Assembly (NCBI GenBank): GCA_963773085.1
Contig: CAVYZS010000009.1
Coordinates: forward strand, 3,743-67,742
Source: Ilumatobacteraceae bacterium
GTDB taxonomy: Bacteria; Actinomycetota; Acidimicrobiia; Acidimicrobiales; Ilumatobacteraceae
Length of the DNA: 64,000 nucleotides
Reading direction: 5' to 3'
The translations under genes were made by a program, and so were the position numbers. This document shows positions 18,774 through 28,375 of this stretch, piece by piece. Position 1 is the stretch's first letter. Each line of letters opens with the position of its first letter. The notes beneath the pieces are model-generated. The model had not been told where the DNA came from. It saw only the letters and a list, made by a program, of their open reading frames with translations, and did no database searches.

Positions 18774-19960
18774 CTAGCTGCCGCGTCGTCGCTGATCAAC
18801 CGGAAGGACTGCGGACCGAGATCGGCGTCGGTCCAGGTGCCGTTGATCACCAATCCGACAGCCAACGCGCCGATCGCGTCGGCGCTCTTCGCCGCATAGC
18901 CGTTGCTGCCAACAGCCATCACACACCCGGGTTCGACGATCTCGACGTAGGGAAGCTTCGTCGGTGTCTCGGGGATCAGGCACGGCTTGGTCAGCCAGGC
19001 ATCGGCTTCCAATCCCGGCAGCACATCGAGCAGCAGGCCTCTCAGCCATTCGAGATCGGCCTGGTGGGTGCTGCCGCCCATCCATTGGCGTCTCTCCGGG
19101 GGTGAGAGCACCCGTTCCGTCCGCCGCGTTGCCCCGAGCTTCACGTAGAAATGCCCGTCGGGATAGTCGGTCGGAGGAACGATGTAGAGATGATCACGCG
19201 TCGGGTCGTCGACGATGATCGATGGCAGCCCGGTCAGTCTGCGCAGTTCGGCGCCCGACACCCTGGCCAGCACCACGGTCTCGGCGAGCACGTGTACCAA
19301 CGGGCGACGGGGCAGGCCGGCCAGCTCGTCGGCGTGGGGACCCGTGGCGATCACCACCTGCCCGGCCTCGACCGCGACTCCATCGGTGGTGTGCACCCTC
19401 CATCCTCCGGTCGACCTGCTCTCGATTCCCAACACCTGCTCGCCGAGCAGGTCAGCACCGTTGTGGCGGGCGACCGCGAGTTGCGCAGCGAGCATGCGAC
19501 GCGGATCGATGAAGCCTCCCGGGGCCGGCTCGAGCAACACCGTGGCGTCGGCGGGCAAGGCGAGGCGATCATCGCCGAGCGGCTCGCCGGGTTCGCGCCT
19601 TTCGAATGTCACACCCAGGCTTTCTGCGACGGCGAGGGTCGCTGCCAGGCGCGTCGCATCGACCTCGGCCATCACCACCCCGACCGGTCGGTGGAAGCTG
19701 ATGCCAGACGCAGCTTCGATCCCTGCATACGCGGCGATGGCCCGGTCGGCCAGGACCGCCCATTCACGCTGCTTGTCGAGCCGGCGGGTGATCCGTCCGG
19801 AGTCGTAATGGCTGGCAAAGACACCTTGGTGACTCGGCCAGTTGGCCGGCTCACCAGGGCCGACACCGACGCAATTGAGCCCGGCGGCGGAGGCGTGACG
19901 GAGGGCAGCGGCCCCCACCAATCCGAGACCGACCACGGCGAGGTCACAACGGGTTGTCAC
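18770..19960 (-). CDS. FAD-dependent oxidoreductase (DAO / sarcosine-oxidase-like family)
   Basis: The N-terminal CDLAVVGLGLVGAAALRHAS dinucleotide-binding motif, 396 aa, intact. Its stop shares the CTAG tetranucleotide with the convergent hydroxylase gene. Confidence 0.75.
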   Translation of the reverse strand: MTTRCDLAVVGLGLVGAAALRHASAAGLNCVGVGPGEPANWPSHQGVFASHYDSGRITRRLDKQREWAVLADRAIAAYAGIEAASGISFHRPVGVVMAEVDATRLAATLAVAESLGVTFERREPGEPLGDDRLALPADATVLLEPAPGGFIDPRRMLAAQLAVARHNGADLLGEQVLGIESRSTGGWRVHTTDGVAVEAGQVVIATGPHADELAGLPRRPLVHVLAETVVLARVSGAELRRLTGLPSIIVDDPTRDHLYIVPPTDYPDGHFYVKLGATRRTERVLSPPERRQWMGGSTHQADLEWLRGLLLDVLPGLEADAWLTKPCLIPETPTKLPYVEIVEPGCVMAVGSNGYAAKSADAIGALAVGLVINGTWTDADLGPQSFRLISDDAAAS

Positions 19961-20049
19961 GAGTCACACCATACGGCGCATTTTTCTGTGAAAGTGACGG
20001 CGCGATGGCCTTCTTTACTGGTACAAAAGAGGGTGTGAGCGCTTTCCCC

Positions 20050-21219
20050 ATGACCACCGGCAAATTCCGGTGGGATCGGCTCACCTATTCGTCCGCTCTC
20101 GGGTACGCGCTGCTCGTTGCCGGACTCAGCGTCGGCGTGGTGCTCGGTGAACTACGCCAGCAGTTCCATCTCTCAGGTGTCATAGCCGCGCTCCACGGTT
20201 CGACGTTCGGATTCGCCTCTCTGGCTGCCGGTGTGTGGGGTGTACGGGTGGTCGATCGAGTCGGGCGCCGCACCTCGCTGTTGGCGGCGGCGGTTGGCCT
20301 CACCGCCGGCATCACCATGTTCTGCTTCGGCCCGGCATGGCCGGTCACCCTCGTCGGCACAGCGCTCGCCGGTCTGGGCGGGGCACTGCTGGTGATGGTC
20401 ATGCCCGGGTTGATCAGCGATCATCACGGCGAGCACCGCGCTGCCGCGTTCGCTGCCGTCAACGGCGCACCCGGCCTTGCCGGCGTCTTGTTCAGCCTGG
20501 TCATCGGCGGTGCATTGGCGTTGCAGTGGTCGTGGCGGGGGCCGTACCTGCTCCTGACCGCGGCAATCGTGATCGCCCTCACCATCGTCGCCTGGCCGGT
20601 GTCGGTGCCGGAATCCTCCCGCCAGGGCGCGTTCACACTCGCCCATCTCCGCGATCGCGACGTGTTCGTGCCGTGGCTGCACATCGTCAACGCCGTGTTC
20701 TCGGAGTTTGCCGTCGGCGTCTGGGCGGCGACGTACCTGAAAGAGGTCGGTCACGCCTCGGGCGGGCTGGCGGCGGCGCTGGCAGCAGTCTTCGGAATCA
20801 CCATGTTCCTCTCGCGACTCGTGTTGCCCACCACCATGCGCTACCTGGGCGATGCGACCGTCACGGTCAGCTTCCTCGTTCTGGCGTTCGGTGCGCTGGT
20901 CATGTGCTTCGCCCCAGGGCTCGCTGGGCGGGTGATCGGTCTGACCATCGTCGGATTCGGCGGCGCGCCGCTGTACCCGCTGACCGTCGACCGGTTGTAC
21001 GCGTCAGCCGAGCACAAGATCGACTCGGTCTCCCTCGGTGCGATCTGCATCCTCGCCTCGGGCACCGCCGTCACGCTGGGGCCATTGGCGCTCGGCGTGC
21101 TGGCCGATTCGGTCGGGCTGCGCCTCGCTCTGCTGATCGTGCCGGTAGTCGGCGTCATCGGCGCGATCACCCAGCGACCAGTTCGCGCCACGCGAACGAT
21201 CGCTGCAGCACTCGACTGA
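20050..21219 (+). CDS. MFS transporter
   Basis: 12-TM-like hydrophobic pattern. The VVDRVGRR motif lies between TM2 and TM3. An alternative start at 20005 is possible. Confidence 0.75.
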   Translation: MTTGKFRWDRLTYSSALGYALLVAGLSVGVVLGELRQQFHLSGVIAALHGSTFGFASLAAGVWGVRVVDRVGRRTSLLAAAVGLTAGITMFCFGPAWPVTLVGTALAGLGGALLVMVMPGLISDHHGEHRAAAFAAVNGAPGLAGVLFSLVIGGALALQWSWRGPYLLLTAAIVIALTIVAWPVSVPESSRQGAFTLAHLRDRDVFVPWLHIVNAVFSEFAVGVWAATYLKEVGHASGGLAAALAAVFGITMFLSRLVLPTTMRYLGDATVTVSFLVLAFGALVMCFAPGLAGRVIGLTIVGFGGAPLYPLTVDRLYASAEHKIDSVSLGAICILASGTAVTLGPLALGVLADSVGLRLALLIVPVVGVIGAITQRPVRATRTIAAALD

Positions 21220-21245
21220 ACTCCGTGGCGAATACAGTCGGCGGA

Positions 21246-21920
21246 ATGGGTACCACCATCTCATTGACATCGTCCGACGGTTTCGAGCTGTCCGCATACC
21301 GTGCCGAACCGGAAGGCGGCGTCCGCGGAGGCGTGGTCGTCGTCCAGGAGATATTTGGCGTCAACAGCCACATCCGCTCGGTCACGGATCGCTACGCAGC
21401 AGCCGGCTACCTGGCCATCGCCCCGGCGATCTTCGACCGCGAACGACCCGGTATCGAGCTCGGCTACACCGAGGACGACATCGCCGTCGGTCGCGACATC
21501 GCCAGGGGCACGCTCGACTTCGCCAACGTGCTGGCCGACGTGGCCGCCGCCGGTATCTGCGCCCGCGACGCCGGCAGGGTCGGAGTCGTCGGCTACTGCT
21601 TCGGAGGACTGGTCACGGCCGCTGCGGCCATCGAGCTCGCCGATGTCTTCGACGCCGCCGCCTCGTACTACGGAGGCAGCACCATCAGCCTGATCGATCG
21701 ATCACCCGTCGTCCCCATGATCATGCACTTCGGCGAGCGCGACCACGCCATTCCACTCGACGACGTGCACAAGATCTCGGCAGCGTGGCCCGACGTGACC
21801 GTGCACCTGTACGACGCCGAGCACGGGTTCAACTGTGATCACCGCGGCTCGTTCAGCGCCGTTCCCGCAGCCATCGCCCAGGCGCGCACCTTCCGCTTCT
21901 TCGCCGACCACCTCGGCTGA
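21246..21920 (+). CDS. Dienelactone hydrolase family protein
   Basis: GGVVVVQEIFGVNSHIRSVTDRYAAAGYLAIAPAIFDR...VGVVGYCFGG...MHFGERDHAIP...YDAEHGF shows the Cys/Asp/His triad context. Confidence 0.8.
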   Translation: MGTTISLTSSDGFELSAYRAEPEGGVRGGVVVVQEIFGVNSHIRSVTDRYAAAGYLAIAPAIFDRERPGIELGYTEDDIAVGRDIARGTLDFANVLADVAAAGICARDAGRVGVVGYCFGGLVTAAAAIELADVFDAAASYYGGSTISLIDRSPVVPMIMHFGERDHAIPLDDVHKISAAWPDVTVHLYDAEHGFNCDHRGSFSAVPAAIAQARTFRFFADHLG

Positions 21921-21936
21921 ACTTCTGACGACCCGG

Positions 21937-23130
21937 CTAGACCGGCGCCGCGGCCTGCCGGGCCGAGACATCGCGAAGTCGCCACGACGTGCCCGACAAC
22001 AGAGCACTGGAAATGACCAGCACCACCATCATCACCGCGCAGCTCGTATAGGCGACCGTGCGGCCGAAATGCTCGTAGATCTGGCCGATGGCCGTCGCGG
22101 TGATACCGGCCGTCAAGGTCTCCACGCCACCGAGCAGACCCTGCGCACTCGCCTGACGCTCGCCCTGCACGACCAACCCGACCGCAACGCCACAACTGCT
22201 CACGGTGAACCCGTCGTTCGTTGCGTGAACCAGCGAGATCGCCAGCATCACCCCACCCGACGACGCGTGGCCGTAGGCGAACATCGCCGCGGCGCCCACC
22301 AGCAGACCGAAGGTGCCGAGCCGGAACGGACCGACCGACTGCGCCAGCCGACCGCCGATCGAGGCGAACAACACCATCGGCACGGCAAACAGGGTGATAC
22401 CGAGATTGGCGATCAGATCGCTCGCCTGCAGGTCGTCGAGCACCAGCGCCCACAACGCGTCGAACGCGCCGATCATCATGAACACCGCGGCGCCCATCGA
22501 CAGCGCTGCCAGGTACGGACGGATGCGCAGCAGATCGAAGGCGAACCTCGGAGGCACCTCCACGTCCCCGCTCGTCTCGACGACTCGCGTTCGGGCGATG
22601 AGCGGGTACATGGCGACGGTCAGACCGGCGATGAGCAGGAACGGTGCGGCAATCCCGAACGGGCCGACGAGCACTGCGGAGACGGCCGGCCCGACGGCGA
22701 AGCCGGCAACGTCGGCAGCGAGCATGCGCCCGAGGTTCTGACCCAAGTGATCGGGGTCGGCCAGGATCACAATTCGTCGCGCCGCCGGATACGCCAATCC
22801 GACGCCGACACCCATCACGAACCGAGCCGTCAGCAACACGATGACGGTGCTGCCGTAGGCCATGCCGAGCAGGCCGGCGACGTTGAACACCATCCCGAGC
22901 ACGATCATCAGGCGGGCGTGGCCTCTGTCGGCGAGCGGGGCGAGGGTCACTTGGGCGACGAACGACGACAGGAAGCCCATCGCCACGATCAGACCGAGCG
23001 CACCCTCACCGATGCCGTACTGGTCGCGGAACTCGTCGAGCACCGTGAACATCACGCCGTAACCCGACGCGAACAGCGCAGTCAGCGCGCCGAAGACGAC
23101 GACGACCGACCGAGTGCGCATCCGATTCAT
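21937..23130 (-). CDS. MFS transporter
   Basis: 397-aa intact hydrophobic ORF with LAPLADRGHARLM (MFS motif A-like). Divergent from an ArsR-like regulator. Confidence 0.8.
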   Translation of the reverse strand: MNRMRTRSVVVVFGALTALFASGYGVMFTVLDEFRDQYGIGEGALGLIVAMGFLSSFVAQVTLAPLADRGHARLMIVLGMVFNVAGLLGMAYGSTVIVLLTARFVMGVGVGLAYPAARRIVILADPDHLGQNLGRMLAADVAGFAVGPAVSAVLVGPFGIAAPFLLIAGLTVAMYPLIARTRVVETSGDVEVPPRFAFDLLRIRPYLAALSMGAAVFMMIGAFDALWALVLDDLQASDLIANLGITLFAVPMVLFASIGGRLAQSVGPFRLGTFGLLVGAAAMFAYGHASSGGVMLAISLVHATNDGFTVSSCGVAVGLVVQGERQASAQGLLGGVETLTAGITATAIGQIYEHFGRTVAYTSCAVMMVVLVISSALLSGTSWRLRDVSARQAAAPV

Positions 23131-23182
23131 TCAACGGCAGTATTGCCGAGCGACCTCCGTCGCATCGCTGTGATTGTTGACG

Positions 23183-23226
23183 CTATGTCCGACTTTTCCC
23201 TATCATTCGAGAAATGTCGGACATAG
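23183..23226. promoter_or_regulatory. Perfect 11-bp inverted repeat (ctatgtccgac N22 gtcggacatag) in the divergent MFS / ArsR intergenic region; candidate operator
   Basis: Read directly from the sequence: arms at 23183-23193 and 23216-23226. It overlaps a candidate ATG (23214) of the regulator. Confidence 0.45.
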
Positions 23227-23801
23227 ACAACGGCGAGTCACGCGCCACTCCGCGCTGCACGAGCTCGGCTACGACCTCGACGCGACGATCCACGCCGACA
23301 CCCCCGCACGCCTGAAGGCGGTCGGCAACCCGTTGCGCGCGCTGATCCTCGACCTCGTGCTGGAGCGGGCGATGACGGTGACCGAGCTCGCCGCTCGGGT
23401 GCGCAAACCACGTGGCACGGTTGCCCACCACGTCGATGTGCTCGTCGACGCCGGGCTGTTGAAGGTCACGGCAACTCGGCGAGTGCGGGCCATCGACGAA
23501 CGCTTCTACGGCCGCACCGCGCACACGATCGTGTTCCCCGACGCGGCGACCGACGGCGATCTGCCCTTCGTCGCCGACGCCCGCGCCGAGGCCGATCTCT
23601 CGGACTCGCCTCCTGCGCCGGCGGATTCACGTTGCGCCATGCCCGAATTCCGGCCGAGCTCGCCGACGAGTTCACGGCGCGGGTGATGGATTTGGCGATC
23701 GAATTCACCCGGCTGCCACGCGGCGGCGATCGGCGAGTACGCGTTCCTCGCCGGCGTCTTCCCCACCAACCGACCCGTCGCCCCGGAGGATCCCGGAATG
23801 A
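23214..23801 (+). pseudogene. ArsR-family HTH regulator, reading frame broken several times (about 23245, 23560-23625, 23735, possibly 23792-23794)
   Basis: The HTH core is LKAVGNPLRALILDLVLERAMTVTELAARVRKPRGTVAHHVDVLVDAGLLKV (frame of ORF 23174). The C-terminal pieces LRHARIPAELADEFTARVMDLAIEFTRLPRGGDRR and EYAFLAGVFPTNRPVAPEDP lie in other frames. The start and the exact number of shifts are uncertain. Confidence 0.5.
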
Positions 23802-25107
23802 CGCACGAGACCGCGCTCGGGGCCAGCTATCGCAAGCTGTTCATCTCGACCACCATCTCGAACATCGGCGACGGCATGTCGTTGATCGCCTATCCGTGGC
23901 TCGCCTCGGCACTCACCCGCAATCCGTTGCTGATCTCGGCTGTCGCGCTCGTGCAACGCCTGCCCTGGCTGGTGTTCACCCTGCCGGCCGGGGTCATCAC
24001 CGATCGCGTCGACCGCAAGAAGGCGATGGTGCTCGCCGACTTCGTGCGCTTCGGCCTCACGTTGGTCGTCGCACTGGCGGTGCTCAGTCGAGCAGTCGAG
24101 CCTGCCAGGGGTCGACGAGCTGTCGACCGTCACGGGCACGGCGACCGGCCTGTACATCCTGCTGCTCGTCGCCACGCTGCTGCTCGGCACCGCCGAGGTG
24201 CTCCGCGACAACTGCGGCCAGACGTTCATGCCGTCGATCGTCGAGGTCGAGCAGTTGGAGAAGGCCAACGGTCGAATGTGGAGCGCCGAGATCATCGCCA
24301 ACACGTTCATCGGCCCGCCGCTCGGATCGCTGTTGCTGATCGCCGCGTTCTCACTGCCCTTCTTCGTCGACGCCGCATCGTTCTTCGCCGCGGCTGCACT
24401 GGTGTGGTCGATTCCCGGCAGCTTCCGCGCCGAACGACCCGATGATCACGTGCAGGCACCATGGAAGACCGAACTCGCCGAAGGCTTCCGCTGGCTGTGG
24501 GCCAACGACCTGTTGCGTTCGATGTGCATCATTCTCGGGTTCATGAACCTGGCATCGACACTCAGCGGATCGGTGTTGGTGCTCTTCGCCCAGGAGGTCC
24601 TCGACATCGGTCCCTTCGTCTTCACGATCATGGGGTTCGGCTTCGCGGCCGGAGCGGCAATCGGTGGCACCGTGGCGCCGTGGATGTCGAAGCGGCTCGG
24701 CAGCGGCACGTGCCTGGCCATGACGTTGGGCTCCAGCGCGGCGATCTCGTTCCTGGTCGGCCTGTCGTCGTGGTGGCCGGCGGTGATGGTTCTGTTCGGC
24801 CATCGGCGCCACACTCGGCGCGACGTGGAACGTCATCACCGTCAGTCTTCGTCAGTCGATCATCCCGTCGCATCTGCTCGGCCGGGTCAACAGCGTCTAC
24901 CGGTTCTTCGCTTGGGGGATGATGCCGATCGGCGCTCTGCTCGGCGGCCTGACCGTGACCATCGTCAGTCAGTTCGCCAGCCGCAGCTTCGCGCTGCGGT
25001 CAGCGTTCTTCTTCGACGCGACGATCTATGCCGTTCTCTTCGTCGTCGGCCGCAGCAGGCTGACGACGGAAAAGCTCGAAGCGGCCAGGAGCGCTGTTCC
25101 TGCGTAA
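23798..25107 (+). pseudogene. MFS transporter (enterobactin-exporter-like MFS_3 type), two apparent frameshifts (about 24085-24110 and 24798-24804)
   Basis: Part 1 is MTHETALGASYRKLFISTTISNIGDGMSLIAYPWLA...ITDRVDRKKAMVLADF (ORF 23798). Part 2 is LSTVTGTATGLYILLLVATLLLGTAEVLRDNCGQTFMPSIVE...WWPAVMVLFG (frame of ORF 24198). Part 3 is IGATLGATWNVITVSLRQSIIPSHLLGRVNSVYRFFAWGMMPIGALLGG...stop at 25107 (frame of ORF 24919). Confidence 0.75.
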
Positions 25108-25148
25108 GCTCGCCGCGACGATCATCCGCAACGAAGGGGTCAGCAGCC

Positions 25149-26318
25149 ATGCCGCTCGGCGACACACTCACCGAAAATTCCATCCTCGCCGAACAGGCCA
25201 AGGCGCTCGTACCGATGCTCGACGACGAGGCTGAGTTCGCCGACATCGAGGGCGAACTGTCGCCCACGGTCGTCGAAGCGTTGCACCGCGAAGGTTTGCT
25301 GAAGATCTGGGTCCCGGAGAAGCTCGGTGGTGCCGAACTCGACCCCCTGCAATCGCTCGAAGTGCTCGAGAACCTGTCGTACGGCGATCCCTCGGCCGGC
25401 TGGGTCGCGATGGCCGCCAACCTGTCGATCGGCACCGCCGGCGCGTACCTTTCGGATCACGCCGTCGCCGAGCTCTGGGGTGATGGCAGACAGCCGGTGA
25501 TCGCCGGCCAGGGCACCCGCCCGGGAACCGCCACGATGGTCGACGGGGGTCTGTCGCTCAGCGGATCGTGGAGCTTCGGGTCCGGCTTGAAGCACTCCAG
25601 CCATGTCCATTCGCTCGGCATCATCGAGGAAACCGGCGAACCGCGGATCTTCGTCACTCCGATCGAGGCGGTCAACCTCATCGACAACTGGGATGTGCTC
25701 GGCCTGCGTGGCACCGGAAGCATCGACTACACCATGGACTCCGTCTTCGTACCCGACGGATGGAGCCATTTCGCAGTCACCACGGTGCCGGAGCGCGGCG
25801 GCAGCCTGTACGGACTCGGCATCATCGGATTCGCCGTGACCTGCCACTCCGGATGGGCGATGGGCGTCGGCCGGCGAATGCTCGACGAGTTGGCCGGTCT
25901 GGTGCACGGCAAAGCCGGGCGTCCCGGCGCCCAGGCCGACAACAGCGCTTTCCAGCAGGGCTACGCCCAAGCCGAGGCCGGCTTCCGGGCAGCACGAGCT
26001 CTGGTCATCGAATCATGGACCGATCTGTCGAAGAGCCTGTACGCGGGCGACGGCATCTCCGTCCGCCAGCACACCCTCGTGCGTCTCGCCCTGGCGCACA
26101 TCACCAAGGCGTTGCACGACGCGGCCAGCTTCGTCTACCTCGCCGGAGGCACGACAGCGCTTCGCCACGGCACGCTTCAACGGCTGTACCGGGACGTGCA
26201 TGCCGGCACCCAGCACGTCACGTCGGGACCCCCGGTCTGGCAGACCTGCGGTCGCGAGTTGATGGGCATCGCCGAGGGCAAGCAGTGGCAGTTCCTCGAT
26301 CTCGTCGACCCCCACTGA
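25149..26318 (+). CDS. Acyl-CoA dehydrogenase-family flavoprotein (possibly flavin-dependent monooxygenase type)
   Basis: MPLGDTLTENSILAEQAKALVPML...LLKIWVPEKLGGAELDP...GYGDPSAGWVAMAANLS...GSWSFGSGLKHSSHV...DVLGLRGTGSIDY. It has its own ATG at 25149. Confidence 0.8.
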   Translation: MPLGDTLTENSILAEQAKALVPMLDDEAEFADIEGELSPTVVEALHREGLLKIWVPEKLGGAELDPLQSLEVLENLSYGDPSAGWVAMAANLSIGTAGAYLSDHAVAELWGDGRQPVIAGQGTRPGTATMVDGGLSLSGSWSFGSGLKHSSHVHSLGIIEETGEPRIFVTPIEAVNLIDNWDVLGLRGTGSIDYTMDSVFVPDGWSHFAVTTVPERGGSLYGLGIIGFAVTCHSGWAMGVGRRMLDELAGLVHGKAGRPGAQADNSAFQQGYAQAEAGFRAARALVIESWTDLSKSLYAGDGISVRQHTLVRLALAHITKALHDAASFVYLAGGTTALRHGTLQRLYRDVHAGTQHVTSGPPVWQTCGRELMGIAEGKQWQFLDLVDPH

Positions 26319-26333
26319 GGTCTCCGGAACTGT

Positions 26334-27308
26334 TCAACCAGTCAGGCGCCACGCCCAACGCAGGGCGTGATCCAGCGAGCCGGTGAAGGCAATGCCCTGC
26401 CAGGCGATGTCGAAAGCTGTGCCGTGATCGACCGACGTGCGCACGATCGGCAGACCGATGGTGACGTTGACGCCGGTCTCGAATGCCAGCAGCTTCATCG
26501 GCGTGTGCCCCTGGTCGTGGTACATGCACACGATCGCGTCGAACAGCTTGCGATGCACTGCCTGGTGGAACACGGTGTCGGCGGGATGGGGGCCAGTGGC
26601 ATCGATACCCGCGAGGCGCGCCGCTTCGATCGCCGGCACGATCTGTTCGGCATCCTCGGATCCGAACAGACCGTGCTCGCCGGCGTGCGGATTGACTCCG
26701 CACACGGCGATCCTCGGCGAGTCGACGAACCGGTGCAGTGTCTCGTGGGTGAGTTCGATCACCTCGCCGACCCTGGCCGTCGTCACCCGGCGAATCGCCT
26801 CTTGCAACGAGACATGGGTGCTGACATGGGTGACAGCGAGATCGCCAGCTGTCAGCATCATCGAAAAGCGCTGAACACCACAGACGCCCGCGATCAGTTC
26901 GGTGTGGCCGACGAACTGGGAGTCGCTGAGTTGCGTGGCCTCTTTGTTCATCGGCATCGTCACGATGCCGGCAACCCGTCCGGCCAACGCGTCGGCCGTC
27001 GCCGACAACACGTACTGCCGGGCTGCAGCCCCCGAGGCCGCATCGATGGCACCCGGACGATGATCGGCGGCCTGCAACATCCCGGCGTCGATGACCTGCA
27101 GTGGACCAGGTCGCCACTGGGCCGGATCGCTGATCGCCTCGATCTCGACATCGATGCCGAGCAGTTCGGCACCCAAGCGCAGGATCGCCAGGTCGCCGTA
27201 GACGACAGCCGGATCGGGACCGAGCGCGCCGTCGGCAGCGCGACACAGCACGATCTCCGGCCCGACCCCCGAGGCATCACCCATCGTGATCGCCATCGGC
27301 GTCGTCAT
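26334..27308 (-). CDS. PdxA-family NAD-dependent 4-hydroxythreonine-4-phosphate / 4-phospho-threonate dehydrogenase (PdxA2-like by context)
   Basis: MAITMGDASGVGPEIV...GIVTMPMNKEA...GHTELIA...AVCGVNPHAGEHGLFG...VCMYHDQGHTPMKLL...VRTSVDHGTAFDIAWQG. ATGA overlap with the upstream kinase. Confidence 0.85.
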   Translation of the reverse strand: MTTPMAITMGDASGVGPEIVLCRAADGALGPDPAVVYGDLAILRLGAELLGIDVEIEAISDPAQWRPGPLQVIDAGMLQAADHRPGAIDAASGAAARQYVLSATADALAGRVAGIVTMPMNKEATQLSDSQFVGHTELIAGVCGVQRFSMMLTAGDLAVTHVSTHVSLQEAIRRVTTARVGEVIELTHETLHRFVDSPRIAVCGVNPHAGEHGLFGSEDAEQIVPAIEAARLAGIDATGPHPADTVFHQAVHRKLFDAIVCMYHDQGHTPMKLLAFETGVNVTIGLPIVRTSVDHGTAFDIAWQGIAFTGSLDHALRWAWRLTG

Positions 27309-28375
27309 GTCTGCGTTCCTCTCGTCACCAGGTCCACCAGCGTATTGGTTGTCCCGAAGCCACCAGGCTTGCAAGCCAGCCTCAACCGTCTGCTGCCGAC
27401 CGTCACCTCGCCAAGGCTGATGCCGACCCCGACCGAGCCGTACACGGCAACCGCCGCATCACCGATGAACGCCGCTGCAGTGTCCCCACCCACCAGTATG
27501 ACGCTGCCTGCCTGCAACTCGCCGACCAATCGGTGCGCACGACCGGCCAATTCCATCGCGACGGCTTCGGCGTCCCCGGCCCGGTCATCCGGCGACATGA
27601 CGATCTCGACGTCGAGACCGGATGCCGCGAGTGCTGCCATCTGGGCGCGGCTCGCCGAATGCAGGCTGGCGCAGACGGCGACGACCGGTACGGGCAGCAG
27701 CGGATGCGGCAGCGGCGACGACTGGCGAGGAGCGCAAGCCCGTGCCACCGCGCCGACCACTGAGGCAGGGCCGGCGATCACGAGGTCCACAGCATCCAGG
27801 GCAACAGCAACGAGCTGATCGATGTCGGCGAGGGTTGCCGCGTCGACGATGGCCACTGCCTGGTCAGAGCCCTCGATCCAGATTCCGAGCGATTCAGCGT
27901 CGTGCAGCTCGACACTGGCCAGCCCGATTTCGGTCAGCGACCCTCCAGGCCGGCTGGTGCGCACCGGCATTCGTGGATCGTTGCCGTGCTCGGTCTCGGA
28001 AACTGGAACGCCGTCGACCAGTACCACTCCGCCGACGCACACACGTCCGAGCGGCGGATGCGACGGGACCAACACCACCCGCCGGCCGATCTCGACGAAC
28101 GCCGAGAGTTCGGCGGCCCAGTTGCCGCGCAGCGTCGAGTCGATCTTGTGCACCTGGCGGACGTCGGACGCAAGGGCGATGGTTCGCCGCCGCGCCTCCA
28201 GCGCCGGCACGTGACGCGACCGCAGGTCCACCACCACACATTCAGCAGCAGACGAAGCGACGATGAAGGGAACCACCTCGACAGCCCATCCGGCGTCGGC
28301 GCACGACGCGCCGGCCTCGGTCGCACCGGTGCTGTCATCAGCGGTCACCACCAGCACCGCGTCGGGCATTTTCAT
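27305..28375 (-). CDS. Four-carbon acid sugar kinase family protein (DUF1537, YgbK/OtnK/DtnK type)
   Basis: VVTADDSTGATEAG...VHKIDSTLRGNWAAEL...VLVPSHPPLGRV...VLVGGDTAAAF...LACKPGGFG. ATGA overlap at both ends. Confidence 0.8.
   Translation of the reverse strand: MKMPDAVLVVTADDSTGATEAGASCADAGWAVEVVPFIVASSAAECVVVDLRSRHVPALEARRRTIALASDVRQVHKIDSTLRGNWAAELSAFVEIGRRVVLVPSHPPLGRVCVGGVVLVDGVPVSETEHGNDPRMPVRTSRPGGSLTEIGLASVELHDAESLGIWIEGSDQAVAIVDAATLADIDQLVAVALDAVDLVIAGPASVVGAVARACAPRQSSPLPHPLLPVPVVAVCASLHSASRAQMAALAASGLDVEIVMSPDDRAGDAEAVAMELAGRAHRLVGELQAGSVILVGGDTAAAFIGDAAVAVYGSVGVGISLGEVTVGSRRLRLACKPGGFGTTNTLVDLVTRGTQT

Noticed and set aside
20235-21920. 561-aa ORF spanning the MFS and dienelactone hydrolase genes
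   Set aside because: Only the segment from the ATG at 21246 is a recognisable protein. The upstream part is an alternative frame of the MFS gene.
24198-26318. Single 706-aa ORF that looks like an MFS-acyl-CoA dehydrogenase fusion
   Set aside because: The middle section (about 24800-25148) is Arg-rich junk in that frame. The true MFS C-terminus continues in another frame and stops at 25107. The dehydrogenase has its own ATG at 25149. The apparent fusion is created by a frame break.
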